The position numbers were made by a program, and so were the translations under genes. From positions 1-64,000 of IMG/VR virus record IMGVR_UViG_3300028840_004168: a stretch of DNA of 64,000 bases, one strand, 5' to 3'. The stretch is from a virus. Shown in pieces: positions 35,237-44,301 of the stretch. Below the pieces are notes generated by a model that saw only the letters and a list, made by a program, of their open reading frames with translations, was not told the origin of the DNA and ran no database searches. Position 1 is the stretch's first letter, and every line of letters starts with the position of its first letter.

Positions 35237-35717
35237 ATATTATTCTCCTTTCCTGTTCACTCCCATGTTGATATGATGTTAACTCCAGGCTACCATGCAT
35301 CCTACCAGTATCATCCATACCAGTAACAGTTATGATAAGCCTATTAAGGTTAGATCTGTATTCTTCTTTATTTATAGCTTCTGTTTCATTTAAATATTCT
35401 ATAAGGGTATTTAGATTTATAAAGGTGGAGTAAGTAGATGTTTTCAATTCCTGAATGGTAGCACTATTGAGAGCATTGTCGTGCAGTATCTGCTGCCTGA
35501 ACTTTTCAAAAGAAAGCAGCAGCCTTATCGCTTCGCCTCTGGTAAAATTAGGATTGTTTGCTTGAGTTGGATCTAGGATAGGCTGATTTAGGCCTTGACT
35601 GGCTATTGCTTGAACTAAAGGATCTTTTCTTGCTCTCTTACGGTCTTGCGCTTTTTGAATTGCCTTCTTTCTTGGTGGTTTTTTCTTTTTCGTCATGTTT
35701 TCTACCATCTCTTTCAA
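35187..35717 (-). CDS. hypothetical protein with basic N-terminus
   Basis: ORF track; helical composition. Confidence 0.65.
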   Translation of the reverse strand: MKEMVENMTKKKKPPRKKAIQKAQDRKRARKDPLVQAIASQGLNQPILDPTQANNPNFTRGEAIRLLLSFEKFRQQILHDNALNSATIQELKTSTYSTFINLNTLIEYLNETEAINKEEYRSNLNRLIITVTGMDDTGRMHGSLELTSYQHGSEQERRIIYETDNVEGQSLGADSP

Positions 35718-35877
35718 GATAATTCATTATAAGTTTGTTTAATATTTTGGTTATGCTTGTGCCGTTTCCTATTGCATTTAACTTAAGTTCATTTTTGATA
35801 TCTGTAGGCAAAAAGAACCCTACATAGCTTTTGTTATCTATATCCACAGCAACTCTTCCCTTGTTAAATTTTCCCAA
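35638..35877 (-). CDS. ribbon-helix-helix (CopG/Arc-like) DNA-binding protein
   Basis: SYVGFFLPTDIKNELKLNAIGNGTSITKILNKLIMNYL; first gene after a promoter. Confidence 0.75.
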   Translation of the reverse strand: MGKFNKGRVAVDIDNKSYVGFFLPTDIKNELKLNAIGNGTSITKILNKLIMNYLERDGRKHDEKEKTTKKEGNSKSARP

Positions 35878-35895
35878 TTTTGCCAGCTAGATTTA

Positions 35896-35924
35896 ACCGT
35901 AACAAAAGAAAAAATCATTGTCAA
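35896..35924 (-). promoter_or_regulatory. sigma70-type promoter at the virion/replication module boundary
   Basis: TTGACA-N17-TACGGT with an AT-rich upstream tract. Confidence 0.55.
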
Positions 35925-35968
35925 GCTAATTTTTAAATTTTTAAAAAAAAGCTTGGAAAGCTGTATTA

Positions 35969-36598
35969 TTAACTATTATTGGGTATCGGGATTGTCTTGT
36001 GCGCTTTGCACGATGGACAGTATACTTTCACACTCTTACTTCCGCAACACTTGCCTTTAATCACTAATTCAGCGCCGCAACGTGGGCAAGGATTGTAAGG
36101 CAGCTTGTTTTCAGGCTGTGCAGTTGCATGTTTTACTTTTGTTTCTCTTACAATCTCTTTTTTGACAACTGGAGTAGGAGCCATATTCTTACCATGACCA
36201 GGAATATCTTCTGGCCTTTGTGCGAAAAATGCACTATCCGCACCTGGATAAATAAACCCAGCCCTCTGCGTAATTTCCACAATAGTTTCTTTTGGAATTT
36301 TAGATAAAATCTTTTCCTGGTAATTCTTACTTTCCTCTTTCATTTTTTTAATTTCTTCTTCTGACAGCTGTGGAACTGGAGTTATCTCATGTGCATACTT
36401 AGGATGAAATAAGGTAGTAACCATTAGATTTTCTATTGGTACTATTCCTTTTTTGAATACAGGTTTAATGTCCTCATAAGGCACTTCAAAACCTGAAAAT
36501 TCAATTATAATTTTCTTATTATCATCATCAAAAATCATTTTAGTTTCCATACTATGTTCCTTATAAAACGCCAGTTGTGTCTTGAGATTGACCATCAT
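35969..36598 (-). CDS. hypothetical protein with C-terminal CPxCG..KCCG..CxxC domain
   Basis: PCPRCGAELVIKGKCCGSKSVKVYCPSC; true start may be internal. Confidence 0.7.
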   Translation of the reverse strand: MMVNLKTQLAFYKEHSMETKMIFDDDNKKIIIEFSGFEVPYEDIKPVFKKGIVPIENLMVTTLFHPKYAHEITPVPQLSEEEIKKMKEESKNYQEKILSKIPKETIVEITQRAGFIYPGADSAFFAQRPEDIPGHGKNMAPTPVVKKEIVRETKVKHATAQPENKLPYNPCPRCGAELVIKGKCCGSKSVKVYCPSCKAHKTIPIPNNS

Positions 36599-38855
36599 AA
36601 AAACAAATTTGATACATCATGTTGTAATAAGTATAATCGCCATAGATGCAATACTGCACAGGAGGCCACTCAAGATCATCTATCCAACAAAATTCTGTAA
36701 GCTGCATCCTGCTGTATCTCCGTCTCGGCTGATACACTTCGTTTTGAAACCCTTTTGGATATTCTGCCAATTTTGTGCTTCTTTTGATTTCCCATAGCCC
36801 TTCATCCAACGGTTCTGGCTCAGGGCTTGATGAGCCAAAAAAAGTAAATTGATCAAGGCCAATCCCTCCGCAAAATTCTCCTAGAGGTATTTCAATTCCA
36901 AAACCATTAAGCCCTGCTACGAACGCAGGGACAGAGCAGCCGTCTCCTGGTATATAATGCTGTGTTTCAGAAGGAACCAGCACCCCTACCTGTTGAGGAA
37001 ACCCTGCTACTCTGACAGCGTTAGGAGCGCTAAATGGGCTTGTAATAAAGAAAGGTTTTCTCTGTTCATAAGGATCTGTCGGCTCGTCTTCTTGTAGAGA
37101 AAATATTTGCTTGTTAAAGGCATTTGTAATCTGAAACCCTTCCATAGCCTCTACATCAGAGGCATAAGAAGCGCTTACATGAGGGAACCAGCGTGGCGTA
37201 GAGATCAATGCATTTCTCGTAGGTTGAACCTTTATTTCCTGACCATACTGATTAGTATAGCAATGACCGCCAAGCGTCCTGATGAGCGTGCCCTTCCCAA
37301 ATTTACCAGTTTCAAATTCCAGATAGAAAATGCCCCATCTCTCTGCAGTCTCTCCGCATTCGCTTAAACTTGTACCAGAAGCTGTCTGCCTGTCTATAAG
37401 CGCCACGCATGCGCTATGGTTTACTGGAACCACCCATCTTACTGTCTCTTCAAAATTAGATTCCCAGTCTCTTCCCCATTCAAGATGCTGCCACTTGTAA
37501 TTAATAGTTGCCCATCCTAAATCAATATCTTTATGCCTGATCTTTCTAAAATATTTAGCTGGATCGTTAAACCCACTTTCATCCCATCCACGATTGCTAT
37601 CAGCCTGCGCTATGATATAATCAAACTTGTTCATTGTGTCGTAAGCTATCCCTTTAAATTGACTGTATGGGTTGTAAGGAATGTCAAATTCACAACGCCA
37701 GTATGCACCTAGAATGCATAGGTTCTCTTCTGCATAAGGCCTGTAAAGGCAAGCTATCATAGGAAGCGCCGTCCCAGCATCGGCTCCCCAGTAAGGAGTT
37801 GGGAACCTTTTAAATGCTCCTAAGTCTGTCCTTATATTTTTTGCATACCACGACTCGCCACTTATTTTAATCACCTGTTCAGTTTTATTCCACACCAGAG
37901 GATATATCATTACATGCATCGTTGACTGATTGCCCATCTTCCTGTTTTGACAATCACGCCAGTCTGTGCAAGGGAACCTAGTGGAGCCAGGGCCACCCCC
38001 GCATCCTGGTTGCACGTATGACAAATCAGCCCATCTATCCCAAGTGATCCTGTAAAGCATCCCTATTTCATTACCGGAAGGAGTGTTCTTATCTATTATT
38101 CTGTAATTAGCATAAGCATAAAGGCCATCACCAGGAAGGCCATTATAAATTGAAGCATCAGAAGTAGTGCCCCATGTTACATATGGAATGCCACACCCCC
38201 TCTGACCCAGAGAATACATATCCAGCATGCCAAGCTCCAACTCTGATTGTGACCAGGGAACTTCTGCATACCTGGCAGAGCCTTCTTCTATTTTGTCGTA
38301 TATATCCATTTCACCATTTTTATGATCCCATGCTTTTCCTTTGAATTCATAGTATCTGGCATGCCCTTCACTTGGACTATAGTTATGATATTTTCCTTCG
38401 ATTATATAGCCGCCTGCGCCGCATGATCCACCAGCAGGATGTTTCCCTACTACAGCAACAGGGTTGCCGCTTAAAAACATCAATATAACCCTGTCTTTTT
38501 TTGCAAAAGGAGTATCGGTATGCCAATACCCTTCACTTTCAAACTGGCTGCTCAATCCAGGTATATATCCATGAGTGGTATAATAATTAGGATCATCAGT
38601 TGTAGGAGAAGCGCAATGGTAATGTATAGGTATGTCTTCATATATGACAGTCCTTCTGTGTGGCTCACATTCTGTTCTAGTTGGATTTGCTTGAGTCACA
38701 CATTCAGAATTATCCCAGTCAGGCATTTCTTCTACCTTGACACTGCAGTTCACCCCATGCACTAGCTCAACTATCTCTCCTACTTTGAAAGTAACCTTGT
38801 ATTCTTCGTCTGATGGATAAGCAAGATATGACATTATATTATCCCAATTCCCCAA
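36561..38855 (-). CDS. Cys/Trp-rich tail-tip protein, putative receptor-binding or virion protein
   Basis: 764 aa, 20 Cys by manual count, beta-rich, at the distal end of the tail operon. Confidence 0.6.
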   Translation of the reverse strand: MGNWDNIMSYLAYPSDEEYKVTFKVGEIVELVHGVNCSVKVEEMPDWDNSECVTQANPTRTECEPHRRTVIYEDIPIHYHCASPTTDDPNYYTTHGYIPGLSSQFESEGYWHTDTPFAKKDRVILMFLSGNPVAVVGKHPAGGSCGAGGYIIEGKYHNYSPSEGHARYYEFKGKAWDHKNGEMDIYDKIEEGSARYAEVPWSQSELELGMLDMYSLGQRGCGIPYVTWGTTSDASIYNGLPGDGLYAYANYRIIDKNTPSGNEIGMLYRITWDRWADLSYVQPGCGGGPGSTRFPCTDWRDCQNRKMGNQSTMHVMIYPLVWNKTEQVIKISGESWYAKNIRTDLGAFKRFPTPYWGADAGTALPMIACLYRPYAEENLCILGAYWRCEFDIPYNPYSQFKGIAYDTMNKFDYIIAQADSNRGWDESGFNDPAKYFRKIRHKDIDLGWATINYKWQHLEWGRDWESNFEETVRWVVPVNHSACVALIDRQTASGTSLSECGETAERWGIFYLEFETGKFGKGTLIRTLGGHCYTNQYGQEIKVQPTRNALISTPRWFPHVSASYASDVEAMEGFQITNAFNKQIFSLQEDEPTDPYEQRKPFFITSPFSAPNAVRVAGFPQQVGVLVPSETQHYIPGDGCSVPAFVAGLNGFGIEIPLGEFCGGIGLDQFTFFGSSSPEPEPLDEGLWEIKRSTKLAEYPKGFQNEVYQPRRRYSRMQLTEFCWIDDLEWPPVQYCIYGDYTYYNMMYQICFYDGQSQDTTGVL

Positions 38856-40663
38856 TCATCATAGTTAGCAAATCTATAAGGCATTATCATGTAACTGTCT
38901 TGCGCAGGGACGTTAACGCCCATCTCTGCCAGAGCTTCAAAACATTCTTCTATAGTTGTTATACTGGCAGCTATACTTTCACATTCAGGCTGCCAATAGC
39001 TCTGGCAATCTTTGTTTGAATTGTGTTTCAAAGCAAGCTCCCATTGCTCCATTTCATCTGACTCAATAAAATCTTCTTCTTTTGCAGTGCTGGGAAGAGG
39101 CATATTGATAGCGCAATTAACCTCAATGCATGAGCTTACAAATTGCTGCTTGGCCTGCCCCATATTATCTGTGCGAGTAGGGCAAACATTCCTCATATTT
39201 GGCTGCACTTTATTAAGATTGCCTAAAGCATCTTGCTGATACGGCTCTTCACATGCTACCTTTGCAATAGCGTAATAGTCATCAATAGCCCATGAGGTAG
39301 CGTCCATCGAAGCGCAGTTCAAAAAACCGCCTTCGCATTCCATCACATATATAATAGTTACCTCTCCTTGTAAACTGCCTATATATGCCCATCTCAAGTA
39401 TCCTCCTGTAAATCCAGGAGTTCTGTAATATGTCAGACTAAGGACATAGTAATCAAGAAAGCTTGACTGCCAGTTCTCAGTACCATAATTATATTTCTGT
39501 GCAAAATACTGTCCATTACACAGATGCCCTTCTGGAAACGTCATTGTAACAGTAATAGATTCACCAGGAACATTCCTGTCATGAGTCAGCTGCCTTATTA
39601 CTTTATTATCATTATCGCATTCAGCACAGCAGCGCTCAACATATTGAACCCACTCATCAGACATCACTACTAAATCAGCGTTGTAGCCTGACGGATCGCC
39701 AATGTTCTCTATATAAATCAAGCCGCTTAATGAAGTAATTACATACACTGTGGCTTTGCAAGTATTAGTTATTTTATTATAATAAATCTCAAGAGCGCCT
39801 AATGGCCTTACTTCCCAAAAGAAATAAGAAAGCTTATTAAAGTTGCAAATGCAGTAATGGCTGGAATACAAATAATAGTCAGGCTCAGGATAAACCGCAT
39901 TTTGCACTTGGGCATTATTAAACCCAGGAGCATAGCCAGACCAGTATATAGGACGTATAGCAGCAGTAGGGCACATGTCTACCTCAACCACATTAGGATT
40001 GCAATTCGAACCTTTTTCGCATATCAAAGCTTCTACTATAGTATGTCCATATGCATTCGGAGCTATATTTTGATAGTTCTCTTCTCCCTCTGCAACCTCC
40101 AGCCTTTGATCTACACAAGGATCTTGATATGGTTTGCATTGATCAGGTATTATCTGAGGGCATGCTCTTGTGCAGGCTTCTATATTAACTACACTTTGAG
40201 CGCATTGAAGATAGCTGTTAAGCCGTTGCTGGTAGACAGGCCAGGGCTCGAAAGGCTGCTGCTGAGGCAGCGCACCGCACCTGCCCTCTATGCATTCATC
40301 AAAACACTGGGTAGCGTTTTGTGCATCCCCATCAGTGTTTCCAAACTCTTTAGGGCACGCATCTTTACAGGATTGCCTTTCTGCTTCAACACAGTATTCA
40401 TAAGTAGCCATCCGATAATAAAACGACCTCCAGTTTTCAGTATCAGACTGTTCTGGCATTTTACCACATTTATCTTCTATACATATATCATAACAGCTTA
40501 GGTCTATAACTCTTATTCCAGGCTCATATTTGACATCTATAGCCCTGACTTGCTGAGGCATAGGATTACATATGTCTAAAGTAAAGGTGAGGCTTTTTTG
40601 ATTTTCAATAAATATGGTAGGCTCAACTGGGACTTTTACATCTCCGTCATCTCCGTTTGCCAT
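38834..40663 (-). CDS. very Cys-rich tail-tip protein with internal repeats
   Basis: 609 aa, 34 Cys by manual count; CIExxCG..P..W..Y..R..Y..C...C..ACP repeated. Confidence 0.65.
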   Translation of the reverse strand: MANGDDGDVKVPVEPTIFIENQKSLTFTLDICNPMPQQVRAIDVKYEPGIRVIDLSCYDICIEDKCGKMPEQSDTENWRSFYYRMATYEYCVEAERQSCKDACPKEFGNTDGDAQNATQCFDECIEGRCGALPQQQPFEPWPVYQQRLNSYLQCAQSVVNIEACTRACPQIIPDQCKPYQDPCVDQRLEVAEGEENYQNIAPNAYGHTIVEALICEKGSNCNPNVVEVDMCPTAAIRPIYWSGYAPGFNNAQVQNAVYPEPDYYLYSSHYCICNFNKLSYFFWEVRPLGALEIYYNKITNTCKATVYVITSLSGLIYIENIGDPSGYNADLVVMSDEWVQYVERCCAECDNDNKVIRQLTHDRNVPGESITVTMTFPEGHLCNGQYFAQKYNYGTENWQSSFLDYYVLSLTYYRTPGFTGGYLRWAYIGSLQGEVTIIYVMECEGGFLNCASMDATSWAIDDYYAIAKVACEEPYQQDALGNLNKVQPNMRNVCPTRTDNMGQAKQQFVSSCIEVNCAINMPLPSTAKEEDFIESDEMEQWELALKHNSNKDCQSYWQPECESIAASITTIEECFEALAEMGVNVPAQDSYMIMPYRFANYDDWGIGII

Positions 40664-40675
40664 CTGTTGCTCCTG

Positions 40676-40942
40676 TTATAAATATACTACGGTTGTTGGA
40701 TTTATGCGTTTGCCTTGCGCTTTACCTATTATTCTCATCCTATTAGTTTTGCCATCTATAAGTCCAAGCAACACTCTGTCATCGACATTGTATGATTCAT
40801 TATTCAGCACCACGCCGTTTTTAATAATACCCCCAGCAGTTAGCTTGACTTCATATTTGCTGCCGTTCCTGGCTGTAATAACACCTTCCTGGACACTGTC
40901 TTTAAATGCAGCTTTGGCTATGGCAATAATAGCTGTTTTCAT
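40676..40942 (-). CDS. small OB-fold-like tail-tip protein
   Basis: EGVITARNGSKYEV......Y.V.DRVL pattern like spike/hub-adjacent OB domains. Confidence 0.5.
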   Translation of the reverse strand: MKTAIIAIAKAAFKDSVQEGVITARNGSKYEVKLTAGGIIKNGVVLNNESYNVDDRVLLGLIDGKTNRMRIIGKAQGKRINPTTVVYL

Positions 40943-41280
40943 GATGGCTGTTCATACCTCTCTAAATTAAGTTGATCGGTCATAGTTGTTCTGGTTATTA
41001 TAATCTGTCTGTTCCTCAAAAAGTATAAAGATGATACATTAAATTTTTCTGAATTTACATAAATTTTATCTCCATCTTTTACATGTTCCCTGATGGATAA
41101 ATTTGTTTTAACATTTAATGCTACAGGCTCATAATAATATCCATTCAAAACTATAGTGCCACGCCTGACTGCCATGTTTTCTGTAACCAGCATTTCATCC
41201 TGCAATGGTGGAGCCTCTTTGTCACCAGGATTTCTTATCAGCCTTACACTTACTGTAGGCGGCACGCTTGGGAATGCCAT
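40939..41280 (-). CDS. tail hub C-terminal-like small protein
   Basis: AVRRGTIVLNG...LNV....VKDGDKIYV pattern. Confidence 0.45.
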   Translation of the reverse strand: MAFPSVPPTVSVRLIRNPGDKEAPPLQDEMLVTENMAVRRGTIVLNGYYYEPVALNVKTNLSIREHVKDGDKIYVNSEKFNVSSLYFLRNRQIIITRTTMTDQLNLERYEQPS

Positions 41281-41282
41281 TT

Positions 41283-42329
41283 TTAAACTCCAAATTTATC
41301 ATTGGCTAAGCCATCTTTATCAGACGGTATGTAGCCAGTTTTTTCTATTAATATACTGTGAGTGCCACTTTGCGTTTGGCCTATGGAGATGCTGCCATCG
41401 CTTGCTGTAACCCCTACAAACTGACCATCTACATACACCTTAGCGCCTCCCAGTAATTCTTTAGTATTAAAATCTCTCACCTTGATCGTAACAAGCTTGT
41501 CTTCAGCTACATCGCAAGCTTCACTGATTTCAAACTGCAATGTAGTGTAAACCGTCTCGCTTACAACTGTGTCTTCTGATTGCAGCTGCTCTACCTTGTG
41601 CAAAAATAATGCTAACACTTCGCCAGGATCATTGATTTGAGCATACAAAGAATCATATGCTGCCCTGTAAGATACCTTAGCTATTCCAAATCCAAAATCT
41701 TTGAGATCAGCATTAGGGCCATTGTTCTGCTGAAACGGCAGCGCATCAGGATCATAAGGATTGTCAACATCTCTTTTGCTTATCTGGACAATACCTCCTA
41801 CAGTGTTTCCAGCAAGCGTAGATCCAGTAGGAACTATAATATTAGCGCCTCTTCCATAAAATATTTTAGTTCCTCCAGGGCCGTCAATGGCCTGTGAGCC
41901 ATAGTCTGTGAAGCCGCCTATATCCCCACTTTGATCAGTGCATCCAGTATCGAAATTGCCGCCTTCAACTACAATCTGTGTGCCTCCTGATTCATAGTCA
42001 TAGCTTCCTAAAGATACTCCCAGCCATCCCAGTTTAAATCCGCTGTAGATAGGCTTGCTCGTGTTGGCAACGAAATTATTGAATATAATAACCTCTTCTA
42101 TTTCTTCATAAGCCGTTCCTGCTTTAACAAAAAATCCTTTAGTGAGATATTTATCATAGTCAACATTACTATATACTCTCACATATACAGGTTCTCCAAC
42201 TTGAAAGCAGCTACGCCCACAGTTCTTATCGTCATCAAGCTGTGCCATTATAACTCTTTGAGCGCCTGCAAGATTACGCAAACACCCCACTTCAAACTGA
42301 AGCGTTGAAATAACTACTTGTTCAGCCAT
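41283..42329 (-). CDS. tail-tip protein, paralog of 42346-42903, with C-terminal PEGA-like domain
   Basis: KNCGRSCFQVGEPVYV; C-terminal GAKVYVDGQFVGVT..DG...GTHSILIEKTGY. Confidence 0.65.
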   Translation of the reverse strand: MAEQVVISTLQFEVGCLRNLAGAQRVIMAQLDDDKNCGRSCFQVGEPVYVRVYSNVDYDKYLTKGFFVKAGTAYEEIEEVIIFNNFVANTSKPIYSGFKLGWLGVSLGSYDYESGGTQIVVEGGNFDTGCTDQSGDIGGFTDYGSQAIDGPGGTKIFYGRGANIIVPTGSTLAGNTVGGIVQISKRDVDNPYDPDALPFQQNNGPNADLKDFGFGIAKVSYRAAYDSLYAQINDPGEVLALFLHKVEQLQSEDTVVSETVYTTLQFEISEACDVAEDKLVTIKVRDFNTKELLGGAKVYVDGQFVGVTASDGSISIGQTQSGTHSILIEKTGYIPSDKDGLANDKFGV

Positions 42330-42345
42330 GCTTCACCTTCTAATT

Positions 42346-42903
42346 TTATAGTTCAGCCCATGCCAGCAACAGGGCAGTAGCTTCAGACTCTCCCAGCACA
42401 TCTGGATTGGTAACGAGAACTCTAATCTCATCCCAGTCTGCAGAATAAATCACATGTGCTACCCCAGGAAGTATTACACCTTCCTCATCTTCAGTGGCGC
42501 ATCCTCCACCTGAATCTGTAGGAAAGGCTGTAATCCTGTTTGACCCTACTGGATTGTTAATTAGCGGCCCTGCGTCTGGCGGCTCCAGCCCAAACCATTC
42601 AAGAGTGTCAATGTCTGTGATTGGCTTAGAGACAGATCCTTCATAACCATCCAGCACTATGAACTCATCAAATTCATCAGTCTCACCACTAACAACAGAA
42701 GCATTGCCTACATTAGAATACGCTGATGGAGTAAGCGTCAATGGATACTTGTAAGCTTTGACAAATACCGTATCTCCGACCTGAAAACAATTGCGCCCAC
42801 AATTTTTGTTATCATTTAATTCAAGGTCAATAGAGGCATCCGACTCAGCTTCACAGACTCCAACTGTGAATTCTAATGATGATACTACTACATTCGTTGC
42901 CAT
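42346..42903 (-). CDS. tail-tip protein, paralog of 41283-42329
   Basis: KNCGRNCFQVGDTVFV...EFIVLDGYEGSVSKPI. Confidence 0.65.
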   Translation of the reverse strand: MATNVVVSSLEFTVGVCEAESDASIDLELNDNKNCGRNCFQVGDTVFVKAYKYPLTLTPSAYSNVGNASVVSGETDEFDEFIVLDGYEGSVSKPITDIDTLEWFGLEPPDAGPLINNPVGSNRITAFPTDSGGGCATEDEEGVILPGVAHVIYSADWDEIRVLVTNPDVLGESEATALLLAWAEL

Positions 42904-42913
42904 CTTAAACTCC

Positions 42914-44299
42914 TTATTCTAAGTAAGTTTCTTTTTCACTTAGCTCTAAAAAAACTTTATGACATTCATTTTCTTCGCCTGCTGGCGATTGACAAATATA
43001 TCTAAACCTGAGAAATTCAGTTTTATAAGAAGCTATAAACACGCCGCAGTAAGGATGTTCAGTCGTCACCAACTTATAACCGTCTGAGTAAGTATAATCT
43101 CCCAGGTCTTTGCCGAAGTATCTGCCAGTCAGTTCTTTGGCAGGTCTTGCCAGCGTGCCTACGCCGTCATTGATCACTATCTCTTCTTCTTCTATTTCTT
43201 CTTCTTCAAGCGTAAGCAACAGAAAACTGGTTATCTCAGCAGTAGTATCTGTCTGGCTGGTCAAACAATATTCAAATCTTTCATCAAATGCTTCCTGCAG
43301 ATCCATGTCGGCTCGTATAAACGGACTAATGTAAGCCCTTATATACCCTTCTTCTCCATAATCAAACGATGACTCACCACATTCTATTTCAAGGTCTATG
43401 CTGTGATCGAGATCAGCGCCAGTCTCTTCAACGCCTGTTATAAGAAGGTTGTTGTATCCCGTATTTGCAGACTCATCAAAATCGATTGACTCTATATAAT
43501 TATAGTCGAACAGCATCGCATCAGGACTTACAATTATATTATCCCAATCCCTGTTGTTATTGGCACAGCCAGCATTGATCTCTTTGATAAACAGGTTTCC
43601 AAAAACATCTGGATCACTGCTGGTAGCGTCAGGTTGATCATGTGAATTCCTTATTCTAAATCCAATTATATCACAAACATTAGCAATCACCTGCAAAGGT
43701 GTGCTGTTAGAAACAGAAAACGTGCCAGGGTAAACAGGGAAGCTTTCTTTGAAGAAATTTTCAGTAGAAGTGCTGTCATACATGACATCTAATAAAGATA
43801 TCAGCCCTGAGCTCCCCCAATAATCATTAGACGTATCTATCATCTCTTGCACTATATCATGTGCAAAAATTAATTCTGAAGACTGCCACACGTAAGGAGT
43901 AGCGCCTGCTTCTATCTCTTCGTCTGTTTTGTCCGTGATCGTGATCGTATAAGGATTGTCTAACCTGGCTAATTTAGCTCTTCCCCAAATAGAGTATGCA
44001 CCGCTTCTGATATCGTTCTTGCCGCTTACTTCTTCAATTAGAAATCTGAACTCCCAGTATGCAGGCGGCGTATCTCCTTCGATATAACTCCGCATCCTCA
44101 GCCATATACGCTCGTTTCCATCAAGGCGATATTCATTCATCAAGTCATAGTAGGTATCATCTATAAATGATATTTCAACAGTATCTGAGAATGATGACTC
44201 ATCGATGTTTAGAGATATCTGCTCAATATACTCCTGCAGCTCTATATCGCTGGTGCTATCAACCCTTAATATTATTTTTACGTCATGTATTAAATGCAT
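42914..44299 (-). CDS. tail hub (Tal/gp27-like) N-terminal protein plus paralog domain
   Basis: IEQISLNIDESSFSDTVEISF, GRAKLARL, FSVSNSTPLQVIANVCDIIG; C-terminal domain related to the two downstream genes. Confidence 0.55.
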   Translation of the reverse strand: MHLIHDVKIILRVDSTSDIELQEYIEQISLNIDESSFSDTVEISFIDDTYYDLMNEYRLDGNERIWLRMRSYIEGDTPPAYWEFRFLIEEVSGKNDIRSGAYSIWGRAKLARLDNPYTITITDKTDEEIEAGATPYVWQSSELIFAHDIVQEMIDTSNDYWGSSGLISLLDVMYDSTSTENFFKESFPVYPGTFSVSNSTPLQVIANVCDIIGFRIRNSHDQPDATSSDPDVFGNLFIKEINAGCANNNRDWDNIIVSPDAMLFDYNYIESIDFDESANTGYNNLLITGVEETGADLDHSIDLEIECGESSFDYGEEGYIRAYISPFIRADMDLQEAFDERFEYCLTSQTDTTAEITSFLLLTLEEEEIEEEEIVINDGVGTLARPAKELTGRYFGKDLGDYTYSDGYKLVTTEHPYCGVFIASYKTEFLRFRYICQSPAGEENECHKVFLELSEKETYLE

Positions 44300-44301
44300 C
44301 T

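Noticed and set aside
3007-41061. Two-mismatch palindrome variants at 3007, 21581, 25234, 36291, 37310 and 41048
   Set aside because: A few such matches are expected by chance in 64 kb, so they were not counted, although several lie in AT-rich context.
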